A stretch of 62,380 bases of DNA, the filler included, from Choristocarpus tenellus KU-1152 (Eukaryota > Protista > Phaeophyceae), in the NCBI GenBank assembly GCA_964200185.2. It is 8 parts of 8 records of this genome, joined end to end, with 100 filler letters (N's around TTAATTAATTAA, not from the genome) between each part and the next. Parts side by side here need not be neighbours in the genome. Positions count along the whole stretch, not along the records: positions 40,304 to 59,633 come from CAXNAD020000470.1; positions 59,734 to 62,380 come from CAXNAD020025991.1; 6 more parts are not named here. One strand, given 5' to 3'. Each line of letters opens with the position of its first letter. Positions within the stretch are counted from its first letter, which is position 1. The position numbers and the translations under genes were made by a program. Positions 48,001-60,042 of the stretch are shown here, piece after piece. The notes beneath the pieces were generated by a model. The model had not been told where the DNA came from. It worked only from the letters and a program-made list of their open reading frames with translations, and ran no database searches.

Positions 48001-51000
48001 ATGACAGCCAGTGCAGGCCGCGAGAAGAGAGCATCTACAACTCTCTCAATAGCTCGACACACAAGGTTGCTCGACATTTACTATGAGAGATGGTCGACGG
48101 TCCTACCTTCGCTTAACCTTGTGACATATCATCGTCTCGCTCTCTCTCGCCGTAATCATGTGCCTGTTCAGCATGTTCTACCAATGAAAAGCCTTCTACG
48201 GGACAATTGGTCAGTTCCTGACCGTGAAACCACTTCTACCTCAAAGTATTTTAAGTACATACAACAAGGACAGCATTTATGAAGAGGGTCTAATTCCATA
48301 CATCTACTTCCTACAATATAGATCGGTAGGGTTTGTAGAAACCAGGATCCTCTTCATAATCACTCTATCATGTCCAAGGGACATCATACTCCAGATATCC
48401 CATATGCATACCCAACTATTCGATCCGTCGTCCCAGATGATAGAGCTTACGCATTGGCGAGGGGAATCTACCCCATGGGGGGTCTTCTCCAACCACAGCT
48501 ATGGACTCAATCTAGAAAGTGGAGGGCATACTTCCCAGATTTATCTACTGCTATTATACGAGACAACAAACCCCCATCTGTAAGTAGTATTTACACTCAA
48601 AATCAGTAATCCTATTCGTTCCATCGGCCCCCACCTCGTTGATATCCTTCGCCTGTCCAGCCCTTCTCTTTTCTCCACCGATATGCCTTTCTTGATTAAT
48701 GACTCTATACTATATGCATTGGCCTTGGGCATATATCTTCGATTTCCTTTTCAAATCATACCTCCTTACCTGTCAACTTGTTTCCAGTTTGGGGTGGATT
48801 TCGGTCTTCAGCAGCCAAACTTCATTCGTAGCCTTCACATGTTGAGGACAGGTGCCATCAACCAAGGTGTTTTCACGGAGGACTCACTAGCCGCTAATAG
48901 ATTCCATCGGGTCGAAACGTACATGGACAGATGGAACTGTCGCCGCATGTATACCCGGGATAAATTGCTCCTTGGAGCCTTTATGGAGCACTTGGAATCC
49001 CAACTAAGGCAAGACACTATTAGGGAACTAAAATAGTTTAACTCTAAATGGCTAGTGAAAAACACATGGAGAGCTTTGCCGTAGCATTCCGGCTTCATTT
49101 TTTCCCCTAGGTAGCTTTCTCTCTCTGCACTCGGTAGTGGGATTGGATTAAGCTGAGGGTGCCTGCCAAACACGGAATTCGCACATTGTGTTCTAAGTGA
49201 GTACTCCTGAAGAATACCTCATTTACAACAGTTATAAGGACATGAAGGGACTTCGATGGTAACAATAAGGCCTGCATTTCGCATGTTTGCCTCCCTCCAG
49301 AAAGAGAAAGCTTCTTGGATACCTCTGGCGGTGGAAGAACACTCCACGACCCCATATCAAATTTCGACCAAGTCTCTGTCTCCTCACCAACATCCGAAGC
49401 CGTGATCTCCTACACGCCACTTTTGGACATTGGGCCCTCCTGGCATGTCAGAACGACCCAAATGCTCAGAGGAGGCGCGGAATGAGGTTAATTCGGTTAT
49501 GTGTCCACAAGTGCCAGCACCAAAAAAAGACAGCACTCGCAAAATGGAGGACTGCGGTGTCTCAACTTGTGGAGGAGGCAAGCTGCAAAATGGTGGTTTT
49601 GATGCGACTCAAACTCTTCGTGCTCACAAATCAGGTGGGGCCCTAGCATGTACCCTGGAATAGAGAGTGTACCGATCATATCCGCCAATTGTATCGTACA
49701 AGGTTGATGTTCGTTGCCTTGCGAAACTGAGTATTCGGTACCCTTTAAGTTCCGGCTACAGCAGTGTGGATCTAAACAAGCATTAATGGCGTCATCCACG
49801 CACATCTTCTCATCCCCCAGCGTGAAAGTACTTGGCAGCAAGAGAGAGAATATCATATGCTATTCAATGTAGTTTGGAGTGTCTGGTGCCATCTAGGGGA
49901 CTAAATTTAACGTCCAGCAGTTAAGCCTTTAGTTTTTACGACATGTTCATGACAAGTGCATTGTCAAGATATATTTTTTGTTACAAAAACAGGCCTATCA
50001 ACGGCAGGCAGTTTTAATCTGTATCAGAATTGTCTTGAGCTGCTGACAGACAGCGTTATATTCCCATCCTGGCATAAGTATGTGCAAACATAGTTCTTGC
50101 AGTGATTACACAAAGCATATTACTGCAAGCTCTACAACTTCTTGAGCACATAATTTCTTTGCATGCAACATTTTGGTCACCAATAATGCAGTATCAGTCC
50201 CCTTGCCATATAAAAACTGTGAAAGATATGTTACCCTTGCCTCCATGTCTAGATAACACCATACCATCCTTCCAACCCAATCACATCTTAGTCGACCGTA
50301 ACACAACCTCAGGTTGACAGCACGTGGGTGATAGATAAGATGATGCGCTTACTAATGAACATGTGGATCAAGCATCTTGCCTTCCAAAGACTGATGAAGT
50401 GGAAATTCTCCTGTCAAGCAGGGCGATACCTCCTGGGTGTGGAAAGAGCTCTTGAGCTACGCAGAGCATGGTCCTTGTGGTTGGTGGATGTCCGGAAGCA
50501 ACAGAGAGTCGGGAAGTGCACGGCATGGTGAGTTGAGTTCATTGAAGGCAAGCCTTTCCCTGTTTTGATTATTAAGGAGGTACTTTAGTTTATAATGACT
50601 TGCCAATAGAGGGTACCGATTACTGATAGATGTGCAATGAAGGTGCAGAAACATTCTACGCACTGGTAGGATTTTTCTCCTTCAAACAAGCACTGGAACA
50701 TGACTTTTTTGTTATTGGAGTAATATGCAGACTGTTGCACCCATCTCATGCTTCTGGATCCTTCCAAATAATAGTCAGTTCAATCCTGACCTGGCATAGC
50801 AACAACACAATCTTTGTCAGGAGTGCTCTATCTTTGTGGTGGACAAATAGGAAGAATCAAGTGGATGTAGCCCGAGCTCACCGAATCACAAAGCTTACAA
50901 GTCATTTTTTCCAGGCCTGGGTCGGAGACACAGAATTCAAGCATCTTACAAGAGGTGCAATACAGAAGTGAGCCAAATTATCTTAGAGGGTAGGGCCGCG

Positions 51001-52890
51001 TCCATTTGGGAACCAAAATCTAATGTTGCAATTTTGATATAATTTTGGCTATCATGTTTGTTAGGAGATGCCAATACCCTTGTTCTGGACACTCCTTTTC
51101 ATAACGTACACATTTTACCTACTCGGAAACATTTTGGAGTAGTTAAAAAGTGTCATTAAAAACCCGTGGGAAGCCAAGTCCCACATGGACAAACAGGGCA
51201 AAACTCGTACCCTCTCAGAAACTTTTACTCAGTAAGTCCTGCTGAAGCTATCACCAATGGGTCACAATCAACAAGCGTTTGGACGGCATCCATGGCCTCC
51301 AAATCCGTATCTCAAAAGGTCTGTAATTGGCTCATCAAACAATCTCAGTCATAACAACCACTTGCTCCCCTACAGTAAAAATTCAAAATCGATGTGGACA
51401 TGACTACATAAATTCATGCGGTACTTGATATCATTTTCCATTGCTCAATTTTTTGCTCTCGGCCTCACACATCGCACACTCTGCCTCAACTTCCTTCCAA
51501 GGTGGGTAAAATATGCAAGGCAGGCGACTCGGAAACGCGCAGCTTCACTAATGTTCTCAACAGTGTGCATCATGCATCTTCAACAAGCACTAGAAATGTG
51601 GAAGAAAAATAGATCTCCAGATGCAACACCTCTCCCTAAGCCTCCAACTCCACCCCGTGAGTTTTTTTTTCTGATATGATGGTACCAAAAAAAGTTGATC
51701 TTCAGGATCCTTCATTCACAATACCACCGCCCTTTGGTGAGAGGTTTTGTTCGCAAGGTATGGAACTAGTGCCTTGAACTGTTACAACTATTTTCAAGCA
51801 ATTGAACCATTTGCCTTGTGGCGGTAGATCACTCAGGCAAGGCAATATCAATGCCATGTGCCTCCTCACTCTCGTATGGAATCTCAGATTCACCATGCAC
51901 CTTATATTGGCAGGATTCATGAGCACGGCACAGTCCTGGAGTGGCGCGGAATATTCATAGTTCAAGTACTACATGAGTAGCGTTCTTTACCCACATCACA
52001 GATAAAGAATGCACCTCCGACAAGCAAGCCACATATCCATGCCGAGGCAATGAGCGGTTGTCCCGTAATAGCCACGTAAGTAGGGCATAAGTATCTCAGG
52101 GTCCGTACCGAGACCATCCTTTCCCCTTCCCACCTTCAGGTTGCATTCCTCTGGAGTGCCGCTGTGTGCGCTGCATGCACTTCTATGGCCGCCTGGGGGG
52201 CAGGGCAAACAGGAAGAGGTCACGGCCAAATATGTAAGATTTCATACTTTATTAGTGATGAGAGAGAGAAGTTAGAATTAAAGTACCTGTTTTTTCAGTG
52301 AGAATCGATTGTTGGCAATTCATGCAGTACTTGATGGAAGTGTACCAAGTGTTCAGAAGGAACATGATGCCATACCTAAAGTGCATGTGCATATATATAT
52401 TCCTGTGTTACAGGTCCACATAGAAAACATCATAGATCACCATGGTCAGAACAATCGGTGGTTCTTGTACTAGGAACCAACAGATTTAGACCGCTTCCTC
52501 TAGGTCACCTGCAGGAGCAGTAGGATGGGTCGATGAGGAGCCATCAGAGTCCACTGCAGTCTTACGCCTCACCCCTTCAATAACTTTGGTTAGTCACTCT
52601 GCCTCCAAGTTGGAAGGCAGGTGGAGGAGATGGTAAGAGGACTACCCCATTTCTTCATGCTGAGAAACGTTCCTACCAATCTTGCCATTAATGATTCTGC
52701 TCTGCCCCTCCATTTCTCTCGCCTATTTCTTGACAGCGGAGGGATAGTTGTGACTGAATCACATTGCTCGATTTCTGAGCACCTGGAGCTTCAGATTATT
52801 TCTGCCCAAAGGTTACTGGAGGGCAGGGATGCATCCAAACAAAGCATGCGCACCAGGCGTAAACCAAGGTTGAAAACAAATCCTTGGTAA
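48001..52890 (+). CDS. Multi-exon gene with Trp-periodic helical repeats (Sfi1-like, candidate centrin-binding protein)
   Basis: Phase-consistent core exons: one ending at 49008 (GC donor), 49301-49634, 50313-50527, 50821-50967 and 51502-51656. Probable last exons are 52504-52632 and 52737-52890. Repeated motifs: LLGYLWRW, ALAKWR, AFQRLMKWK, LRRAWSLW, FFQAWV, ALEMWK. The start and the exons at 48.0-48.8 kb and 52.0-52.45 kb are uncertain. The Sfi1 label is an inference from the Trp spacing. Confidence 0.6.
50970..51230 (+). mobile_element. MITE family A inserted in a splice donor
   Basis: GAGCCAAATTATCTTAGAGGGTA ... TACCCTCTCAGAAACTTTTACTC with AGT/AGT duplication at 50967-50969 and 51231-51233. 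Confidence 0.92.
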
Positions 52891-53876
52891 ACGACCTGAG
52901 GGGGCACCTTCTGAAGTATGATGCGTGTTGACAAAACAGAAGGTATGGATGGCGATACAATCACTATTAACACTGTGAACAAGAGGAAGGCGTTGGTGAC
53001 GGTGAGGACAGTTGTAGAGCTAAACAACATATTTTGAAGCAAGCCTTAGAGACCTAGAACGGCTATCTATCCTCAGAGGGGGGAATTACGCCATCTTATC
53101 AAAAACAGACCAGCAAGCCAAGTCGCATATGCCTTACCTCTCTGGACAGAAAGCAAGTAACGAACATCAGACAAGTAAATAAAAGAAAATTATATTTGCT
53201 GGAACACTGACTCGACATGATACCTTGGCATGACTGGTTGAGGCAACCAGGATTATGAGACTGTACAAGTAAAAGTGTGATATGGAAGCACAGCACACAG
53301 TACTTCCTCAAAAGTGCAACACACTTACTACAAGGGTCCGACAAGAATTCTTCAACACACAATGGCCTGATTATACATGTCGTTACTCACCTGATAGGGG
53401 GGGTTACCCTCATGCCATACACTACCACCACATTAAAGTTGCTGGTATTTGTACTTGGTTAAAAATAATGATGGTCAGTAACCAATAACAAAAAGATAGA
53501 GAAGATGCATCTCATATTATGAGTAAGAGGGAACATATTATGTTGTGAAACTGATGCCTTTGATACAACTACTGGTAGCTTTCGAGTATATATTCTTACG
53601 TGAAAGATAATGTAGGCATTTGAACATACTTTCTTGTAATCATTTACTATTATTATTTTCGTCATATTAAATTACCCTGAGGGATCTCACACCTCTGCCC
53701 TGAAGAGTAATGCAAAGAACGCAATACACACTAATTGAGAAAAGACACTAGAATATCAGAAGAAAAATGAAGTAATGGAAAAAGTCGAAAGAACAAGAGA
53801 AACGAATAGGAAGAATAGAACTTGGAAGGGAAAAACACCATTACAAAAAAACGGAAGGGGAAGAGAAAAAAGAAAA

Positions 53877-54069
53877 TGTGAATGGTGTGGTTCTGTGGCG
53901 GTGTGGTTCACTCAGGTAAGGGTGGCGAAGAGAATCACCGAGCAAGACGGACCAGACGAACTGTAACCGAGAGTACAAGGTTAAGGTTGGACAAGTGCAA
54001 GACTGCAAGGACTTGCAGGGAAAATTAAGGAGTGATGAGCATCTTCAGAGAGGGGGATTCATCATCACA
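53877..54069 (+). repeat. Complete copy of LTR-like repeat (TGTGA...TCACA, 193 bp)
   Basis: Inverted 5-bp termini and a purine-rich tract immediately upstream, with no clear target-site duplication. Homologous to the copies at 27461 and 40029. Confidence 0.75.
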
Positions 54070-54884
54070 AGTCAAGACGTGAGAGAACAAAGTGAATATT
54101 TCATGTGTGACAACTCTGAATGATGAGCGGTCCAAATCTGTGGGACTGGCCTCTTGAAGAGATTCCATGATTTCATTCTGACGGAAGGTCTGCCAGTGGA
54201 ATCATTGTTAAAACATAGGCTACTCATTTGTATGATAGACAAACTACCAGCTTGCGATGCCTGTTGAATGGTGCACTGCACTGGTTGTTAGTGTTCATTT
54301 ATTTATTGTGCATCTCAACTCATCATCACATCGACGACGGTAGATAGAAGCATAGCATCAGTTGATATTCAGTTGATCCACATCACACACAGGAACATCA
54401 TAGCACACGTCATTCAAGCTACTTCGGAACTTGCATCAAGTGCATTCCACTGTCACCTTGTGTTCCTTTTTTCTATTTATTGTTGTCTGTCATCTCTGTT
54501 CTTTTTTTATACGCATAAGACCCTAGATGCACGTTAATTGTTGGTTATTATTTTTTCATTGGTTGTCATTGTCCCCTCACTGAGCGCCTCAAGCTCACTC
54601 TGCAATAGTGCCCCTGACGCACATTTGGATGTAATACACACAGAGTTAAAACCATCTACTGAAACCCTTGCCAACCAAGGTAAGAAGCCTCTCCTCAGAG
54701 CATGGACTTCTTTCGTTGAGTATATCATGAAATAACACTGAATTCACACCACCTCATTCTTAACTGAGAGATCAATGACTCCAGTTGCAACAGAACAATA
54801 TATCAGTGCTTTGCTTCGCAACCACATCTACTCATACCACAGACTACGCATCCTACTCATCGGTGCTTTGCAACACCATGATTC

Positions 54885-55064
54885 GACCCAAAGTATCTGG
54901 GGTGGGTGGGTGGTCTACACCACGGTGTCCATTTGGGCCAAAATCAGGAAAAGTGCATTTACATTATCCATTCGACATATGCAACCAAATAACCCATAAA
55001 TCGCGACATGAAAAAATTGACCCCAAATGGACAGCCGCCACCCCCGCCCCAGATACTTTGAGCC
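54885..55064 (+). mobile_element. MITE family B
   Basis: GACCCAAAGTATCTGGGG ... CCCCAGATACTTTGAGCC with TTC/TTC duplication. Confidence 0.92.
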
Positions 55065-56205
55065 TTCCTCTTCACTCGTAGTCTACGTATTTCGCCTACA
55101 TATACAATGCATTCGATTCAGGTTTCAACAATCATGGATGTTTGACAAGGAACCTCAATTGGTACAACGATATAACGGTATAGCGGTGTATAGCATACGG
55201 CAATAACGGTATAACAACAGCCAAACATGATTTCCACAAAAAGGAACAAAGAATGTAGAGTATGATGCCCACAAAAATGAAAACAGCATCTAGCAGATAG
55301 ATAGTGATGGTGGTGGTGTCGAAGTATAATCCACCTCATGTACGATTAGGAATGATGAATACAGGGATGTGTGAAATGTTATCGAGGAGTAATTAGTTTA
55401 CATCTGTCTAGGGCATATGAACACCCTGGGAAAGCAGAAAATATTATTTTCTATACACGAGAACGGCTTGGTTTACCAACCGATACCTATCTACTCTGAC
55501 CCCACATTCACTTTGCTAGAATTGTCCGATACAGTTGGAACAGTTTATTCGAAGACCCTCACTTGGTCAAACAACTATCAGCGCTTACTAGGCTGTGTAT
55601 CATTTTAAGAGTCAACAGGGTCAATGCTACTGAGAAATAACACAGGTAAACAACGAACCTGCTGAATAATACTTCAAACAGACATGGGAGAAATTCAAAT
55701 CCACTAAGGTAAGACTGCTACACACATCTATTCCTGAAAATTCCAGCAAAAACTCACCATGCAACTCCACAAGTAAGATGAGGTATGTGCCATCAAATTA
55801 TATCCTAGTCACATATATTCCACTAATTAGAACTAGGTGCCAGAAATTAACATTTTAAAAACAAAAGTCAGTAGAAATCCGACTTGACGCTTCAGATCGA
55901 CAAAACGCCTATCTTTTTTCCGTGCCATACAACTGTAAGCTGATAGTAATACTAGGGTACTGCAATATGGACTAAAACACTTTCTAAAAGCCCAATCAGT
56001 GGTAATGACGAGTACAAATAGCAACCTGAAGTCCATCATGACTACCTATTAATGTAACTAGGACCAACGATAGTCTTGATCTAAACACACAATAAACTAC
56101 TCTAGGTAGGTACCACATCTCACGAGACATAACACAAGTGCATACAGGCACCACAGTGGTTCCATACTGAGCAGACATAGTGCACACATTCATCAGTGTT
56201 GCATA

Positions 56206-56464
56206 GAGTGAAAGTATCTTAGAGGGTACGAGTTTTGCCCTGTTTGTCCATTTGGGGCTTGCCATCCCACGGGTTTTTAATGATATACTACCTCCTCCAA
56301 AATGTTTCCGAGTAGGTAAAATGTATACGCTATGAAAAGATGTGTCCGGAACAAGGATATTGACATCTCCTAACAATCACGATAGCCAAAATTACATCAA
56401 AATCGAAACATTGGATTTTGGCCTCCAAATGGACGCGGCTCTACTCTCTAAGATACTTTGACTC
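56206..56464 (-). mobile_element. MITE family A (reverse orientation)
   Basis: GAGTGAAAGTATCTTAGAGGGTA ... CTCTAAGATACTTTGACTC with ATA/ATA duplication. Confidence 0.92.
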
Positions 56465-56674
56465 ATATGTACACGATCGATCAGCACTCACAACTGAAGT
56501 GCCATGTTTGCAATACCAGAATATTCTGGAACGCAACTGCGTACTGCGCAAACAATGGTGACGGCATGGAAATCCAAACAACTGAAATAGATTCAAAGTA
56601 GCTCCATGGTCACTCTTTGATGTTATGAAAACTCTCAACAACCAAGCGCTGCAGAAACACGCTGGAGCTTGACT

Positions 56675-56932
56675 GAGCCAAACCAATTGGAAGGTAGGCA
56701 GGGTTGGACGCTGGTGCATTCTAAGTCATCTTTCTCACCCTTAGCAATGCACTTTATTTCCTTGCTATATGTGTACAATAGTGTACGCAAAATGATATTC
56801 CCCCTCTACATACATAAAGTAACACCATAATTCTGTAACGGCTCTTTCTGTAATTGTACAAAATGACATATTTTTGACCTTTCTCAGGATCCTTAAAATG
56901 CAACCCTGCCTACCTCTCAGTTGGTTTGACTC
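56675..56932 (-). mobile_element. MITE family C (reverse orientation)
   Basis: GAGCCAAACCAATTGGAAGGTAGGCAGGGTTG ... CAACCCTGCCTACCTCTCAGTTGGTTTGACTC, with ACT/TCT flanks (one mismatch). Confidence 0.88.
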
Positions 56933-56979
56933 TCTGCTACATCATGCCACACAACCAACAACTAAAAATAAGTTAGGGT

Positions 56980-57246
56980 CCTGACAATATGTTTCAAGGC
57001 TGGACAGGTGTTTCCTCAGTGAAGCCCTCTCAGGGCTTACCTACATTGGAATCACAAACTAGTACAACCTATCACAACCACATGTAGGTGTGAGGTCAAC
57101 TACTCTGTCAAGATGACCTCCTAACAATATGTTTCAAGGCTGGACAGGTGTTTCTTCAGTGAAGCCCTCTCAGGGCTTACCTACATTGGAATCACAAACT
57201 AGTACAACCTATCACAACCACATGTAGGTGTGAGGTCAACTGCTCT
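56980..57246. repeat. Tandem duplication, 140-bp period x2
   Basis: ACAATATGTTTCAAGGCTGGACAGGTG...GGTGTGAGGTCAACT is present twice and is nearly identical. Confidence 0.95.
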
Positions 57247-58754
57247 TCGATTGCGCACCCAACCAGTCACACAAAATCTTGGAATACTTGCACAAAAAAA
57301 TTCCCTTGCTATGAACACATAGTGGGATGAACATCATTCCTCACAGAGCAAAGCAACACCATAAGCTCATGTAAGTGACTCCCCTGTTAGAACATAGTGG
57401 GATGGAATTTCATTTTTTTCTGGCCAAAACAAAGGCAGGAAAATCAAGGTTGAATTTTACTCGAGGGGCATCTCCCCTTCACAAGCTCTGGTATCTCCAG
57501 CTATTATAGTCAACTGCAATGATCTTACACAGTAATGTGCTTACTATACTTAGTGTACTGACGCTAAATTCTTCAAAAGCTCCCTGTGACCAAGGTCTAC
57601 CGATGCTAGAGTCTTTTCAATCTTCTCCACCACCCTCTGCCACAATAGCCGAAGAACCATCACACTCTTCACAAACACACCTGGCTCAATCCATTGCCGC
57701 TATTGTTGTCGAGAACATGCAACATGCTCTTACTTCGAACCCTCAAGGTGATGTCCCTGTGACTACATCTACTACTCACAAAGTGGGTTGCCGGCCTGAT
57801 ACAACATCAGATTCCACTAAAAGAGGTAGAGATGAAGGTTTGAATCCTTTTTCAAAGCAAATTCGTGGACGATTTACCCGCTAAGTTGTTGACGTTTTCC
57901 CTTAACAAGTGCACACATATTTTTTAACCACACTCAAATGGATAATTTGATGGGTTCATACACATATGGGGTGGTCATTGCTTTATTCCTGTTTTGTCAA
58001 GTTTCGAATGGAAGAAGATCCCCATGCACCTCTTTTTGCGTCTCCAAACTTGTTTTCACTATACCCGCAAAAAGAGTAATTGATGTGAATACTCGGGATG
58101 ATCATTTATAGGTTTGAATCCTCTATCTTAAGCAGGAAATCGTTGGGATCCCTCAGCCCTCTCAATGGTTTGCCCCTTAAGCAAATAAGATTTTGATTTG
58201 AGCTCACCCGGTGGGAGGTGACTGTGTTCCTCGTAGGCGGGCACAGGGTTTCTGCTCCACATAGTCCAAAAGATTGGAACTGGAAGAAAACTGGACCTCA
58301 TCACTCCAGAACTCCGGATATAAGGGTTATTAACAATAATACTTGAAGGTGAGAAATCGAGTTTTCACTTTCAAGTCAAAATGATTAGACAGTATACAGA
58401 TTCCTCAGAATGGAAGTGGACAATCATTTCCTGATAAACACAGGATATGTAACCTTTTGCTTTCAGGGAAGGAAGAAAATAATTCAACGTAGTGATCCAC
58501 CCACAAAGGTAATCACTGATCCAACTCCTCAAAAACCCTCCGCCTCAGTGTAGTTCCTCTTGAGACGTCTGTTGTGGCCTAGCGCAACCCACAACCAAGA
58601 ATAGGGAACCATACGTTTCCATTTCACGTTTACACTAGCTGAGGCATTGTAGCTTGATCAACACAATGACACAAGCACTTTGATATCAACATTTCCTGGG
58701 ATATTATCGTCATAACCCTTGGGTAATCAAAGGTACAATAAGATGTTTCCCATC

Positions 58755-59090
58755 ACCAAACTTTTGGGTTCCAACCCTGTTGAGGACAACCTTTCAAGGA
58801 ACTCCTCCAAATTGGCTACGTGAACATTTATGGGATACCCAAATGATTCGTGATTTTTCTTTTTTACCGTAGTCCAACTATGACCAAACTTTGGGGTTCC
58901 AACCCTGTTGAGGACAACCTTTCAAGGAACTCCTTCAAATTGGCTACATGAACATGCATTTATGGGATACCCAAATGACTCGTGATTTTTCTTTTTTACC
59001 ATAGCTGTTGAGGACAACCTTTCAAGGAACTCCTGCAAATTGGCTACAGGAACATTCGAGGGATACCCAGATGATTCTTTTTCTTTTCTC
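58755..59090. repeat. Tandem array of about 100-128-bp units x3
   Basis: CTGTTGAGGACAACCTTTCAAGGAACTCCT..AAATTGGCTAC..GAACAT..GGGATACCCA is repeated three times. Confidence 0.92.
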
Positions 59091-59153
59091 CCACGGGACT
59101 GTCACGGGACTGTCAGACACTTTTTTTTCTCGTGTGCAGACATAGCTCACACT

Positions 59154-59495
59154 GGGGGGGAGGGGTGATGTGACGGACAGATCCCTTTGGGAGCTGATCT
59201 CAGTCCAAGTACACATCCGCACGCACACACAAGTGCATTGCGCACAAGTACACATTTCTTTGTCATTGGTGACGTTTCCACCAACATCAAACACAGAGAA
59301 CTCTTGAGAATTCTCAGACTTTTTACTGGTGACGATCACCAAGATGTGACGCCATCTGGTGGATCTGGGATTATCTTAAAATTTCTTCTAAGATTGATGG
59401 CTGAGAGAGCTTTGGGTTTGCTGGAAGCACCCCACCGTGACACAGTTGGTGATTCTGAACACCCTCCACGACTGATTAGACCCTGCCTCACGACA
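59154..59495 (+). mobile_element. Polypurine tract plus probable 3' LTR of a decayed LTR retrotransposon
   Basis: GGGGGGGAGGGGTGA is directly followed by TGTGACGG (59169). A candidate end ...CACGACA lies at 59495. The segment is preceded by a tandem array and decayed coding-like sequence (57.5-58.75 kb). Confidence 0.5.
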
Positions 59496-59633
59496 CTATT
59501 GTTTATATTGTTTTTTTATTGATGTATTGTTTTGCGATTGGATACCCCCCCCCCCCCCGCCTTACTAAAATAAATATAAAAAAAACGAAATGATAATCGC
59601 CTTCCTCTGTTTTTTTGGGGGGGTGCGGTGAAT

Positions 59634-59733
59634 NNNNNNNNNNNNNNNNNNNNNNNNNNNNNNNNNNNNNNNNNNNNTTAATTAATTAANNNNNNNNNNN
59701 NNNNNNNNNNNNNNNNNNNNNNNNNNNNNNNNN
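59634..59733. other. Artificial contig spacer
   Basis: Same linker. Confidence 0.99.
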
Positions 59734-59809
59734 TGTTTCGTCGGGCGTTGGTTGGGTTGGTGGGGGTGGGGGGGGGGGGGGTGGGGGGGGGGGGGGGGGG
59801 TTGTGTGGT

Positions 59810-59840
<31 letters not shown>

Positions 59841-60042
59841 TTGTATTTCTATTTACATTTCTATTTATATATTTGAAGTATAACTACTCACTCCTACTTA
59901 CCTCTTGCCCATTATGTAAGTAAGTATTTTTCTTGTCCTATCGAGCGGCGAATTTTTTTCCCTTTTTTTCGATTCCGTTCCGTTTTTATTTTTTATTTGT
60001 CATTTAAAAAAATAATAATAATGAAAATGAAAATGTGAACAG

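Noticed and set aside
50968-51232. MITE family A as an introner (GT...TTTTACTCAG)
   Set aside because: Splicing from GT 50968 to AG 51232 removes the element plus 4 nt, whereas precise restoration needs the element plus 3. The other copies lie in introns, intergenic DNA or a dead retroelement, not in exons.
54534-56050. Possible minus-strand multi-exon membrane-protein gene (hydrophobic exon-like blocks near 55.2, 55.6 and 55.9 kb)
   Set aside because: I could not assemble a phase-consistent model or recognise a family, so it is left uncalled.
58755-59090. CRISPR-like array
   Set aside because: The units are similar along their whole length with no unique spacers, the context is eukaryotic, and there are no cas genes.
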